From contig OZ025788.1 in assembly GCA_964019425.1 (NCBI GenBank), positions 310,001 through 374,000 of the forward strand: a stretch of 64,000 nucleotides of DNA. The letters are read 5' to 3'. Made by a program: the position numbers and the translations under genes. Below are positions 23,110 to 35,743 of this stretch, piece by piece (positions within the stretch are counted from its first letter, which is position 1; each line of letters opens with the position of its first letter). The stretch is from Flectonema sp. DT1601. Lineage: Eukaryota. A model generated the notes under the pieces. That model did no database searches, was not told the DNA's origin, and was given only the letters and a program-made list of their open reading frames with translations.

Positions 23110-24220
23110 TATTTTTATTTTTATTTTGTTTAAATTTTGATAATAGGTTTGTCTCCGATGCTTCTCGCAGTTTGTGTACATTAAAACTGCTGGTGAGTAA
23201 TAATCATCACTATCGAAAGAATGGAAGACATTCGGGTACTTTCTCATAAATTAATTCTTTTTTGTTTTTGTCACGCATATCATATCACAGTATGCCGCAC
23301 AACCTTAACACCATATTTTTGGACACTGAGTCCAACCGCCTTTCAGTGTCTTTTGGGTATTGTTTCCACCCGTTTTTCTCTCTTTTGAGAAGGCGTCGTG
23401 TAAACTCTCTGCGATTCTACTTACACTACAAACACTATAACAGGAGAAGTTTTTTTTTTTTTTTTATTAAAATAAGTCTGATGATGAGATTTAAAAAAAA
23501 AAAAAAAAACTCAAATGGGATTTCTTCCCCCCCTCGATGAAATCACTTTTTTAATACTACCGATTCCGACGTAGGACATTCCCTTTCACGTTATCAGATA
23601 TTAAAGTATCGTTTTATATTATGATATAACGCAAGTTGTGTTTTACGAAATCGAAACAGTTGACCCCTTCGCCAATTAATTAATGTCCTCTACTAATTTA
23701 TCAAAAAGAAAAAAAAAAAAAAAATAAAAAATAAAAAGAATAAGTTAAACTAAAGCTGATAATAACACGTAACGAACGGAAAAAGAAAAAAAAAAGAAAA
23801 AAAGATGAAATAGTTGCGGAAGGGCAGTAAGAGGGTTGGAAAAATAATTTTTTCCATCTCCCATCACTATCTCTTATCTTTTTTCCCTTCTCTTGATAAT
23901 ACTTTTAAGGAAGTCAATCTAATCAGGAAGGAAATAATAATTTTTATTCATCATCTTCATCTCTCTTTATAGACAGTCTTATATGATCGATTCTCTCTGT
24001 TGGATCTTATCCCAGCAGAAGGGATTACAGAAGGATATTCAAATCTCCCTTCCTTATTGTGGTTTCAGATTAATATTAATTCTCTCAGTAGTAATTGGTG
24101 AATAGAAGAACTACACCAAAAACAACAACAACAACAACAACGACAAAAAAAAAAAAAAAAAAAAGGAATTTAAAAAAAAAAAAAAATAACATAAAAACAC
24201 AACAAATCACTTAAATAAAT

Positions 24221-27200
24221 ATGGATCAACACGTCCAACAGGTTGACCTCCTTTCGGAGGCAGCTCTGGGAGATGCGACTAATCCTGAGGAACGGAGGGC
24301 TGCTGAGGAGATGTTAAAAAAGATGCAAACGATTGGGAATCTCGAAGCACTACGATACGTGTTAGAGAGAAGTAACAGTCAATTGTCTACTTTTGTATGT
24401 GCGAAAGGAATCTTAGATATTATAACTGAAAATTGGAATGGATTCGCTCAAAACAATAAACATATAGAGATGCGTGAATGGTTAATTCGTTTTATTGGTC
24501 AAAAAGGATCAAGTCTAACAACCTTCACCAGAACTGTAGTCATGACTATCCTCTGTCGTATTGTTAAGTTAGGCTGGTTAGCTGAAACAACTTTTCAAGA
24601 TTTTCCCAAAGAAATACATAAACTATTCTTATGCAATACATCTGATCCGAGTTTACCAGTACTCGGATATATGTTAATTAATCAACTCGTGTTAGAACTT
24701 AATATGGTCAGCCCTAAGATGACTTTAAGTCAGCATCGGAAGACAATGACATCGTTCAGAGATTCATCACTTTTAGATTGTTTTAAAGTCGCTCTTAGTA
24801 TTCTACAGCAGTCTCTGAATAGCGCTGCGTCTGATAGTCCAGAACAAGCTCAGGCAATTGGAATTTGTTTATCCTGTTTGACTTTTGATTTTATTGGAAA
24901 CAGAGATGAGATTGCTGAAGAACTTGGTGCGATTCAAATTCCAACAACTTGGAAACAACTACTCGTTGAAGCAGACTCTGTTGATCTGTTTTGGAAATTG
25001 TATTCAAGAACTCATCAAACACAACAAGGTACTGACATTTTAAAATGTATCGTTCAATTAGCTGGTGTCCGAATTACTAAGGACAAAGAAGCATGGCTTG
25101 CTGGATTACTGTACGGAATGTTAATAGTTCTTCAAGAGAAGATTGGATTAGAAAATCCTGGAAACAATCATGAATTCTGTCGCCTCTTAAGTAAAATAAA
25201 ACCAAATTTTCAGGTCGATGAACTCGCTAGCTGTAAACACTACACTCCGTGGGTAAAAGCTGTTGCTGTATTCACAACAGATTGTTTCACGAATTGGAGG
25301 GATGCTCCTCACATTTCATATTTTTTATTGGCATTTTGGGCCCGTCTAGTGAACTCCCAGCAATACAATAATAGCGGTAATCCTACACACTTAGAATCAA
25401 TTACTCCCAGAGTAGTTGAAAGTTACATTGTCAGCAGACTAGCGATAGCACGTTCTTGTATTGAGTCACCTGGAGAGTATGACGACGCGTTAGAAGATCA
25501 GGAAGCTCTTCTTGTTCAGTTGGAGTCATTTCCAATTATTGCCAGATCAATGTATGATGATATCAGCGCTGTTTTAAAAAACTTTGCTGGCACTGATTTT
25601 GAAGCAATGCATTCGTTTGCAGGTCGTATTCAACGGGGAGAGATACCACCGGAGCAACATCCAAGTGCGTTTATCCAACTGCAGGTTATAGATGCGAGGT
25701 TAAGTTGGTTAGTGTACATGATGGGGTCTATATTCGTAGGAAATCACAGGCCAACGACACCAGATATGGTTGCTCATCGTGATGGTGAACTAATGAAGTT
25801 TGTTGTTGATCTTTCTTCAACAATTACTCTGAGAGTGGAATCAATTCCTAACCAACTTAGTATGCAAACCCTTCAAAGATTACAACTTGCTGTCTTATAC
25901 TTTCTAAAGAGTTTCAGAAAAGTGTACATGGGTGACACGATGCTTGATGTGATTGTTGATATTCTGTTTGGAACATTCGCAACTTGGAAAAAATGTTCAA
26001 AAATAATTCACGAAGCCATGTCTCTGTTCATGGAGCTTTCTGTTGGAACTGCATCAGCAAGTGTTTTGGTAAAGTTTGATAAAGTCAAAGCGATGGTTTC
26101 ACAGCATTCACATCCTCAATTTAACTTTATTGAAGAACCAGAAAATATAAAACAACGAATGCGGTTTTATAATGCCCTCGCAAATTTATTTTTCAAACAA
26201 ACAACTGATGAGAATGCCTTTAATAATTTTATGAACCCAGTTAAGGAACGAGCTGAAAGACTAGCATCCCTACCACCTGATCAGCTTACAACACCTCAGG
26301 GAAGACATGCAGTTATTGCTTTATTACGTGATTTGAGAGGAGTGTGTAGTGCGTGTATAACTAAAAGATCGTATTCTGTGTTTTTTAATTGGGTTTTCCC
26401 TTATATAAGTCTCTATGACAATCCTAATACTCGTCAAACTCCAGTTTTTCATAGTTTCTGTGAATTGTTTTCAAGTGACAACGAAGTGTTGATTCCACTA
26501 CTTCGATTTTGGGCTGAGTTAGTAGACAACAGCGGCCATCGAATCCAATTCGAAGTTTCATCGCCGTTTGGTATTTTATTATTTAGAGAAGCTTCTGCTG
26601 TTGTGAAACATTTTGGAGATAAAAAACTTGCTGAGCTTTGCGGCCAACAACCACCTGACCAACCTTGGCACATACAACCATGTACTTCTGCAGATCGAGA
26701 CAAACGATTTATGACCTACAAAGTGTTTGTTATTTATTTTATGATGCTTGGTAGGGCACTTAATGGAGGCTACTGTAACTTTGGGGTTTTCACCCTTTAT
26801 AGTGATAATTCATGGAACGTCGCGTTGGAAAAAACAATAAAATTAGTGTGTTTTTTTTTTCCTTCTTCTTTTTCACTCCCTTTTTTAATTATTACTCTGG
26901 CAGAAGTTTAATAAGGAAAATAAAATAAAATAAAATAAAACAGATGTTAACTATCCCTCTCGAAGACCTTCTCGCCTTCCCAAAATTAGGAACATCGATG
27001 CACCTCGTGTCTGAGAGGTTATTCACACATCATATGCCAACACTACTTCAGATACCTAGTGTTCAGTTTTTACAATTACTGAGTGGGTTAGAGTCAGCTA
27101 TTTGTAGTGTAGAGTTACCAATGACAACCGTAGCTCAGGCTGCGAGTTCGATGGGGTCGCTTTGTTTATTTTATTACACACAAAAACTTAAGGGAACTCA

Positions 27201-27670
27201 ATTATCGAATTCTTATGTTCAACGTATTGAACAACATCTTTCTGGTGATCGTGGAATCTTAGTTCGTTCTTTGCAAGCAATCTTTCGAATTGTTTTATTT
27301 GAAGATGTTCGCTCAACTGGTCAACATCCTTACTGTAAAGCAATGCTTCCCATGATTTTTGTGACAGATGGACTGTCAGCTCTCTCAGAGCCAATGATGG
27401 CACAGCTGCAAGCACCAGATCGTAGGGTATGTTCCTTTTCCCTTTTCCCCCCCCTCCCTTTTCCCGTTTTTTTTTTTTCTTTCTCGATTGTCTGTCTTAT
27501 GGTTCCCCTAACCATCGTACATCTTTTGTTAATTATTACTCCCACAGGCAGCTCTACAAGGTTGTTTTGATAAATTGTGGGAAGGGATAGGCTCAACTTG
27601 TGATGATAAAGCTACCTACAAATTTCTGACCAACGTTACGACATTTAAATACGAGTTCAAGGCTGTGTAG
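24221..27670 (+). CDS. XPO7: Exportin-7 / RanBP16-17 family (1076 aa); join(24221..26845,26944..27426,27548..27670)
   Basis: HRKTMTSFRD, FDFIG, HEFCRLL, RIQFEVSSPFGILLFRE and GGYCNFGVF. Two phase-0 introns (26846-26943 and 27427-27547) restore TIKL-MLTIPLEDLLAFPKL and the final helices. Confidence 0.92.
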
Positions 27671-27699
27671 TCCCTTCTGCAGAAACTATAATAAAACAG

Positions 27700-27825
27700 G
27701 AAGCCTTACAACAACAGTTCAACTCACTGCTTGATGAGGTTACGTGTATTGATGAGAAGTCAATCTACAAATTCTCAACTAACATGACGGGTTTTCGTAC
27801 AAATACGAGAAACTTCGGATGTTGA
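27700..27825 (+). CDS. XPO7: Alternative (duplicated) terminal exon of exportin-7
   Basis: Has its own AAAACAG acceptor, phase 0. Encodes EALQQQFNSLLDEVTCIDEKSIYKFSTNMTGFRTNTRNFGC*, which aligns with the preceding last exon. Confidence 0.7.
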   Translation, partial: EALQQQFNSLLDEVTCIDEKSIYKFSTNMTGFRTNTRNFGC

Positions 27826-28659
27826 GCTGCCATCATGATAAGCATATTCTATTCTTTATTTTGTTATCCATATCACTATTGTCTTTAGATTCTCAAGAGT
27901 GAGTAAAAGGAGTTATTTATTTGTATTTTTCACACACACCTTCTCTACCCTACTTCAGGTCTACAGAGACCACGAGTTTCTCAGCAGGTAAGCAACTCGC
28001 TCAGTATTTTAACTGGGAAAAAAAAAAAAAAAAAAAAATATAAAAAAAAAAAGGAAGTCGAATTGAAAGGTTTACTTCCCTGCGGTATTTATGTTTTTTT
28101 TATTATTATAGTTTATTTTTCCTTTTTTTTTTCATTCTTCAGTACAGGTAGGTTGAAGAGGGGAGAAAAAAACGACAAAGAAAAAAAAAAAAGGATTCAA
28201 AAAAAAAAAAAAAAAAGGAGGCCTCTTGTTGTTGGCGAGAGCCACCTTACCGAAATCGAAAGTGTGTTTTTTTATATTTTTTATTATTATTTTTTTCTTT
28301 TGAAGAAAATCTTTTATTTTTTTTCTTTGCATGTTTCCGCTTGACTGTGACCTCTGCTTAAAGTCTTCGTCTTGAGGGAGATTGCAATTCCTAATCAATT
28401 TCTTATTAGATGAAAAAAAAAAAAAAAAAAAAAACGTTGAGGCATTTGCTGCAACGCGACCTATTGAAAGTGAAAAATGTTTTAATTTCTTCCACTTCTC
28501 TAAACATTTTTATTTTTTTAAACAGGTTACACAAATATTAAAGGAAATAATGTACTTTGAAAAACTCAAATCAATTTTCTTTTTTTTAGTAATACGAAAT
28601 CACAATAACTTTAACAAACCCTCACAGAATAATAGACTACTGGGGTACTAAAAGTAATA

Positions 28660-29465
28660 ATGTTACGTCGTGCTATGTTTACGTTCCAGCGTCGTTTTGC
28701 TAGTATTGAAGTTCAGATGGACCACACGCCTAATCCAGATTGCTTGAAATTCACTCCTATGAAGGACATGTCACCACTTCCACTAATGGCTGATGGTGTT
28801 ATCCTTGACGTTAGCAGTAAGGCGAACAGCTCAAAGAGTCCGTTAGCTGGAAGACTGTTTGAAATCGAAGGCGTAGGAAGTGTTTGTATCGGAGACTACT
28901 GGGTGACTGTAACAAGAAAAGAAGACAACGAATGGGAAGAATTGTCACCTCTAATTATGGAAGCGATTGAAAACTGGCAAGAGAATGGTGAAGAAGTTAC
29001 TTCAGAAGATTTCTTAGAGAATGAAGACACAGAAATTAATGAAGAGTTCGACAGTGAAGTAGTTCAAGCAATAAAGGAATTGGTCAGAACAAGAATCAGA
29101 CCTTGGGTCCAACAAGATGCTGGCAATGTTAAATACATCGGATTCGAGGATGGTGTTGTACTTCTACTTATGCAAGGCGCATGTTCATCTTGCCCATCCT
29201 CAGGTGCAACACTCAAAGGAGGAATCGAAAAGATGATGATGCATTGGATTCCTGAAGTCCTTGAGGTATGTTTGTTGATATTCACGTTATTGTTTTTCAT
29301 TTCCAACAATCACCACAACAATCTAAACAGGTACGCGCTGTTGAAGAAGACTTTGCTGAGGAATACTTGCTGGAGATGGAAGAGACGAGAAAGAAGTACA
29401 AAATAGTCGACGGGAAATTAATCCCAAGAGATGGGGGAAACGATCCTATGAACGAGGCGATTTAA
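28660..29465 (+). CDS. NFU1: Mitochondrial NFU1-type Fe-S carrier (246 aa); join(28660..29265,29331..29465)
   Basis: Arg-rich presequence MLRRAMF, TPNPDCLKF, RIRPWVQQDAG, GACSSCPSS and TLKGGIE. A 65-nt intron GTATGT...AAACAG gives IPEVLE-VRAV. Confidence 0.94.
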
Positions 29466-29956
29466 TAATATTTCTTCTGGATTTGCGTACGAGATCCCAG
29501 CGGCCAGAGTCGTTTAGAAGACCAAAAGACGAATATCTATTCGCAAGTAAAATCCTGCGCTGACGTCAGGCAAGCCTACGGCCAGTCAGAGACAAGAAAC
29601 CTTCACTTAGCTGGTTTTGATTATTTGTGATTTGTGATTTGTGAGGTGTTGGTGAAATCTTTATCTAAGAGACAGCATGCTTTCCAAGTAAACTCAAAAA
29701 ACCTTGAAATCGGTAAAGTCACCAACCGGAACTGATGTTCTGGTGTGACTAAATGGTCCCTAATCCCGTCTACAGTGATCTGAGAGTTTGTTTTCTTGCC
29801 GAGACGTTTGTTTGTTGTTAGCTGTCGGGGTATCAGTTCGTCGATTTGTTAGTTAAAATGAGTTCAGAGAAAAAGTCAACAGAAAACACCATTCCTATCA
29901 TCAGAAGGGTTTTATAAAATAATATTTTTTCAACAGGGTACTCAAATCAATTAAAA

Positions 29957-31093
29957 ATGGTTTATTCATATCACAACCACCACATCGAAACTCGAGCAGT
30001 AAGTCCAAAAAGAAGACTGAACACGTTGTTAGACACGATGCCTGCTTCAGGTGAAGTGATACACAACTTTCAAAGACCAGTACCTGTAGACCCAAAAACT
30101 GCTTTAGAACATCAGCTGCGAGAAAGCGCTAACAGAAGAATCCAAGCACTACAAGAATTAGAAGGAAAACGTCACAAAGAAGATATCGCAAACCGACTTG
30201 ATTCCATTGAAGGAGTGTCTGCTACGACAAAACAACAATCAGAAAGTCTGATTGAAAGATTGACTGCACTGGAACTAAAGTTTAATTCCAGTATGGAAGA
30301 CTTAGAAGGAAAACTATCTGAAAAGGATACGAAGATTGACCAATTAAATAAAAATATCATAACACTCCAAGAAACAATTGAACAACAATCAATTCGAATA
30401 GCAACGTTAGAGCACTCCGTTGAAAGTAATCAGACAGATCAGCTTGAAGCTACTGTTAGTCAGGCTGCTGAACACGCGATGACTGTGACTACAAAACTTG
30501 AGAATTTGGAAAGTCGACAAGAAGACGCTGAGGGATCAACAGCTGACATGCAAATTGAACAAAAAAAAGATATCGAAACTCTGAACACTAAAATAGAACA
30601 ACTTTCTAAAACACAACAAGAAGAGACCACAGCGATAACTAAAAGACTAAATGTGGTTATGACTGAAGAAGAGATTAACGAACTAAAAGAACTCTCTAAA
30701 GTAGTTAGCTCAAAACTACAAGATCTTCAAAGTAAAGAAATAGCTCTTCAGCAACAACAGGAAGCTTCTCTACGGGGTTTAGATGCCGCAAACTCTGCGC
30801 TGCAGAGATTATCAAGTCAAGTTAGTGTTCTTGAAGGAAGCTCAGCACCTAATCATTTATTAATGGGAGTCCCTTCATTATCATCTTCAGGTGTTATTGG
30901 TGGGAGTTCCAATTCTATAAATCCAATTAGGTTGCCAGCGTCACAACCATTTCCTTCTTCATTTCCAACTCCAACTGCGAAATCACAGATCCCGTTGGGT
31001 CGTGCTATTTCACCTCCTCGGCAACAGAAGTGTTCTAAGTTCCCGTACTCTGCAACACCTGATGCCTACGCTGATATATTATCTCCTCATTAA
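29957..31093 (+). CDS. Hypothetical coiled-coil protein (378 aa)
   Basis: Long ORF with heptad-rich E/Q/K/L core and S/P-rich tail. Confidence 0.78.
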   Translation: MVYSYHNHHIETRAVSPKRRLNTLLDTMPASGEVIHNFQRPVPVDPKTALEHQLRESANRRIQALQELEGKRHKEDIANRLDSIEGVSATTKQQSESLIERLTALELKFNSSMEDLEGKLSEKDTKIDQLNKNIITLQETIEQQSIRIATLEHSVESNQTDQLEATVSQAAEHAMTVTTKLENLESRQEDAEGSTADMQIEQKKDIETLNTKIEQLSKTQQEETTAITKRLNVVMTEEEINELKELSKVVSSKLQDLQSKEIALQQQQEASLRGLDAANSALQRLSSQVSVLEGSSAPNHLLMGVPSLSSSGVIGGSSNSINPIRLPASQPFPSSFPTPTAKSQIPLGRAISPPRQQKCSKFPYSATPDAYADILSPH

Positions 31094-31686
31094 ATTCGGT
31101 AATTGGTTTTCTTTTCTAACTTTGGCCACAAGCCTCCTCCTTTCCGTATCATTTCACCTTCTGCTCTCTTAATGTGTATGCTGACTTCTTGTCAACCCAT
31201 TGAGCTACACATAAATCCCAAACAGAAAATTGATGAGACTGGGCTGTCTGTAAAGGTTTGCTCCATGTTTCCGTTTGTTGTAAAATACGAATTTTTTTTT
31301 TTTTTTCACACTTGTTGCACCAAAGCGAAAACGCACATAAGTACTGTTGCCGTCGTGCATACGAATTGTGATTGTCGTGTCCTTTCCTTTGATCCGATCG
31401 ATAAATAAGAAGGGAATAAATAGAATATTCTAAAAAGGAAGTCCCACTAATTTGAGGTTCGATCCCTCGTTTTTTTTGTTTACTTCACTCCTCTTGTTTA
31501 GTACCGCAGTCAGTTTGAATTTCCAATGAGACTGCCTACTGCATTGAGGGAAGTACACCTATTTCTTTGTGTTCGTTAACGTTTAGAATTTTTGTAGCTG
31601 TAGCCAAACAATTGGTTTTATTAATGTTTTGGTTGAGGACGTTATTTTTTGAAACATTAAAAATAACTTTCTGCTATTCAGGTACC

Positions 31687-33669
31687 ATGGTGCGCCTTGG
31701 TAGGTGCAGAGGAGGTACAGATATATCCTCAACCCCTGAGGGGTTACCATACCTTCGACCATCTATAGAGGTTGATGATATTACAAATAAGAATATATCG
31801 ATGGGATTAGTAGCTGATAAGACAAAAGGTGAGAATCATAAATTAAGAGAACTACTTGAATTGATGGATACGCCTCGAAAGCAACGTCTTGTTGAAAGAC
31901 AGCCTTCAATAAAAATATTACGAAGGCAGCTTACTGATGGGTTCATCAGTCTCAGTCTGCGAGATGCTCAGCTAGCGAATCTAACTACTACAGGAATCAC
32001 ATCTAATCAAATAACAAAGAGGAGACAAACTGAACGACAGAAGCAGGTGAACGCTGAGAAAGTTGATGAGTTTTGGTTCCTTGCTGATGCACCTGGCGGA
32101 GTGTTACCTCTTCCTCGTCGACGTCGTAATAAAGGTTACAGCACTGAAGTGGTTAAGGCCTTGAAGAATAACCCTGCTGGACAGGAGGCATTTCGAGAAA
32201 AAGTAGGAAAAATGAAAGAATCGTGGAAAGAAAAGCTACGAGCTCGCAACCAACAGCGAAACCACTTCGAACTCGTCAGTTTACTTTCTCCACGTTGTCG
32301 AATTGAAGTTATAATAAGAAATGCTGAAAAAGCTGATGCACATCGAACCCACGTCAAGGACGAAGCAGATCGCCGTAAAAGAATCCGCCTCGAGTCCAGT
32401 CCTATGCAAATTGACAGACAGAATAAGATACGTAGAAGTAAAGCATTCTTAGTTATGTTCGGTCTTTCAAAGAGTTGTTCTCTATTTTCTCACACTCTTA
32501 AACAATGGAGACGCTCTGTTCAATCAGCTGAAGGAACTGGTAGCAGTTGGAACATAAAATTAATAAAACTAAAAATCACACGAGAAACAATAAAAAACCT
32601 CCGCTTTGCGAACCCCAGCAACGACGAAGAAGATGTTGAAGCCTGTCTTGGGACTCGTCAGCACATGGCTGAGCAAGAAGCTTATTCACTTCTATCTCCA
32701 CATGTGTGGATGCTTTCGATAAAGGCAAAAATAGTTAAAAAGAGACGAGCAGTTGCAACCATCCGATCGTATCTAAAAGTGGAGTCTATGAAAAGTCAAG
32801 TCTCACACCTCGTTAAGAAACTTGTTGCGTCAGCACTTGCGATTCAACGATGGTGGAGAAGACATCTTCCCTGTGTTAGGGGTCATTACTTACTTCTAAA
32901 TAAACAATGGGATCTTATAGAATCAACTATTACTTCTTGGGATGAACAGACTGTATCATCATTCGAAGCAGGGACTTCAAAAATAAGACTACGATCTGCG
33001 ATTGCCGATGCAACAACCAAGAGAGTGAGATCAGCAAAACGATGGCTAGATAGTAAGCAGAGAGATAAAGTATTGGCTCTGGTAGCTGATAGGAATAAAT
33101 ATTTATCACACCAGCTTTCTCAGGTTAAAACTGCAAAAACTATTTTATCATTTCTACCAACCACAAGTATAACTACAACTGTTCCAGAGATTCTCAGAAA
33201 TAAAATTCTGACTGTAATCGTTTCGAAAATGACTTCTATTTTCAAAGCTAAAATCTTCTCTTGGGAGCAGCAGTCTACAGAAGCTTATGCAGAGTGGAGT
33301 CATGAGCAGGCTGTGGCTGCAGCGAAATCTCAAATTGACCAACTGAAGGGTGAGGATGCCGTTGAATCAGAAGTTTTTAAAGGACCTATAAAACCTTACT
33401 TCCATCGACTTCTTCATCCTAATGAGGTTAGATTAATTATTATATCTGGATACCAATACCATATGAATATAATGGCATCTCAAGCAATTGATAGCTGTCG
33501 ATTAGAAGTACGACATAGAACACTTCCCTCAACCGCAGCTACTCCAACAGCGTTGTTAAAAACTATTTTTGATGTACAGAAGTCTACGGAATTACCAGCT
33601 GTTGATATGACTCTCTTTGATACGAGTTCTCAGAATGAATTAAATCAAAAGGTAGAAGACCAGAAATAA
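31687..33669 (+). CDS. Hypothetical basic protein with IQ-like motif
   Basis: First in-frame ATG follows TATTCAG; AIQRWWRRH is IQ-like. Confidence 0.7.
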   Translation: MVRLGRCRGGTDISSTPEGLPYLRPSIEVDDITNKNISMGLVADKTKGENHKLRELLELMDTPRKQRLVERQPSIKILRRQLTDGFISLSLRDAQLANLTTTGITSNQITKRRQTERQKQVNAEKVDEFWFLADAPGGVLPLPRRRRNKGYSTEVVKALKNNPAGQEAFREKVGKMKESWKEKLRARNQQRNHFELVSLLSPRCRIEVIIRNAEKADAHRTHVKDEADRRKRIRLESSPMQIDRQNKIRRSKAFLVMFGLSKSCSLFSHTLKQWRRSVQSAEGTGSSWNIKLIKLKITRETIKNLRFANPSNDEEDVEACLGTRQHMAEQEAYSLLSPHVWMLSIKAKIVKKRRAVATIRSYLKVESMKSQVSHLVKKLVASALAIQRWWRRHLPCVRGHYLLLNKQWDLIESTITSWDEQTVSSFEAGTSKIRLRSAIADATTKRVRSAKRWLDSKQRDKVLALVADRNKYLSHQLSQVKTAKTILSFLPTTSITTTVPEILRNKILTVIVSKMTSIFKAKIFSWEQQSTEAYAEWSHEQAVAAAKSQIDQLKGEDAVESEVFKGPIKPYFHRLLHPNEVRLIIISGYQYHMNIMASQAIDSCRLEVRHRTLPSTAATPTALLKTIFDVQKSTELPAVDMTLFDTSSQNELNQKVEDQK

Positions 33670-34085
33670 TAACCATATTCATGTATTAACATTACCTTCA
33701 GACAAACTGCTATATGATTAAATATTTATCCTCTCTTATACAGCCTACGGTATCGCTATCAATACTTTACAGTGTGTGAAAGCGATCTCTTGATAGTTGC
33801 TGTTACTTTTATTTTTTTCAGTTTTGATCCAGTCAAGGTTGAAGCATTGTGGTTACAGATCTCTTGATCTGGTGATGCCCTGTGTGGAAACTAATAAAGT
33901 AATCCTTTCAGGGATTTAATTCAATCAACTACCGCAGTAAAGGAATCGATTCTCTTTTGAGAGTCTACTTAACTAATACTCGGGGTGGTTAGTTGGACTC
34001 GTTAACTAACAACTTTGTGATTGTTGTGGTGGAGAATTCGAAATTAGATTACTCTTATCAGACAAATAGTAATTAAAAAATAAAA

Positions 34086-35360
34086 ATGGTAGTCATAAAA
34101 ATATTTATCGCAAACAAAAATGATGACTTGGGGACACAACTACCTGACGTAGCTATCGACCAATGGAATGAGAGCGACGGTGTCGATGTCGTTCATCTAC
34201 GTAGGTATCTTATGGATGTTGTTATGAAGGTCAGACATACTATTTTAAGTCTCTTCGAGTTAGACGCTGAGAAGATAGTTGGAATACCAACCAAGACGAG
34301 AATCAATGGAGATGATCTTTATCTTATTTATGAAACAGAACAGGAATTACACTCCGAGAAAGTCTCCTGCACCTGGAGTAACATGACTCCAGTTAGAAGC
34401 TTTGCTTCTCACTTTGGAAGTTTGCCTGAGTATCCTGCTTTACAGGTATTAACAGGAGCTAGACATTGTTTTAATTCTTTAATGGCTCTTAAAACAGAAC
34501 CAGTTACAGCAGTTCTCAGAAGATATAGACAAGAATTATCCGATACGAGTAATCGTTTATGGCATTATTCAAGATTCACTTGGAATGAGGTAGTTGATCA
34601 GTTTTGGTGTAAGACTTTCTTTTTCTACTGTTCTCCAGATAAAACAGGTCCGCTGAATTTGTATCCTCTCAACAATGAACGTAATCTATTGTCAGTAAAT
34701 CCTTCGAACTCGAAGGACTCAAACTTCTGTCCAAACTACGTCTGCTGTCACACTTCCATAGATAACGAGGATGGGCCTGACGTATTAATTGTTATTGAAG
34801 ACTTGTTGATGGAATTAACGAACGTTATTCTTAATCCAGAATGGGAAGATTTTTGTAAAATTTGTGAATTGCATGGCCTTGCAGCCCCTACACCTGATTT
34901 CTTATTGGAATGTGGAATGGAGAAAGCTCTAATACCGATTGTTTATTTCTTTCCATTTGCTCCTGTTGTTGGGTTCACTTACACTCATGATTTTAGTTCT
35001 GTACCTGAGCCGAGAACTATTTGTTTGACTGCTCCAGCTGCGTCAAAGTGGCTTCAGATCTCATCAGTCGATGAAGATAAGAGTGACTCAGCAGAGATGT
35101 TGTTGTTTGCAGATGTCTGTTCTGAGGAGTCATCGACTTCCGTCTCCAAATTAGATTCGATTTCTGATACAAAACTTCAAGAGCTTTTCATTGCGAGATT
35201 TCGTTCAATAAATGCAGACACGCCAGTTGGTCAGTTCCTACGTGAGAATCATCGCAAGGAAGCAGTCTTGTACCTCAAGGAACGTCTATCTAAAATGTCA
35301 GAATCCGATATAATTAAACAGTCTGAGGAGTTATTTAAAGCAATCTGGGAAGCATACTGA
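34086..35360 (+). CDS. Hypothetical protein (424 aa)
   Basis: Long ORF after an A-rich tract; no family recognised. Confidence 0.72.
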   Translation: MVVIKIFIANKNDDLGTQLPDVAIDQWNESDGVDVVHLRRYLMDVVMKVRHTILSLFELDAEKIVGIPTKTRINGDDLYLIYETEQELHSEKVSCTWSNMTPVRSFASHFGSLPEYPALQVLTGARHCFNSLMALKTEPVTAVLRRYRQELSDTSNRLWHYSRFTWNEVVDQFWCKTFFFYCSPDKTGPLNLYPLNNERNLLSVNPSNSKDSNFCPNYVCCHTSIDNEDGPDVLIVIEDLLMELTNVILNPEWEDFCKICELHGLAAPTPDFLLECGMEKALIPIVYFFPFAPVVGFTYTHDFSSVPEPRTICLTAPAASKWLQISSVDEDKSDSAEMLLFADVCSEESSTSVSKLDSISDTKLQELFIARFRSINADTPVGQFLRENHRKEAVLYLKERLSKMSESDIIKQSEELFKAIWEAY

Positions 35361-35743
35361 CCTTGCTTACAATGATCTGAGAAATATATTTGAACTTTTT
35401 TTTATAAACATCCGTGTAACCGTTACCGACTTCACCTAAGATTTTTTAAAAATAATTTTTTTTTGTAAGAAACTATTCAGATTGAAAACCGATATTTCTT
35501 ATGGTCATGATTTATTTTCACCGTGCGACAGGATTTTGTCTGCGTTCAACGAAATATAAGGCTAACCTGAATGGTTTTTTTTTCAATTTTTTTTTTTTTT
35601 CTTTCTAAAACAGGTTTTTCTTTCTCAACAAAAGAGTAAAACGATAACAAATTCTTTTCAGTTCAGCTACTAAAGTTTAGTTTTTTTTTTTTAATAAGGT
35701 TTAATTTTCTTTCTTTTTACCACAGCATAGGTGAGATAACTAT

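Noticed and set aside
31454..31477. GAGGTTCGATCCCTC T-loop/B-box-like hairpin followed by a T-run
   Set aside because: No D-arm, anticodon arm or acceptor stem found upstream, so it is not a tRNA.
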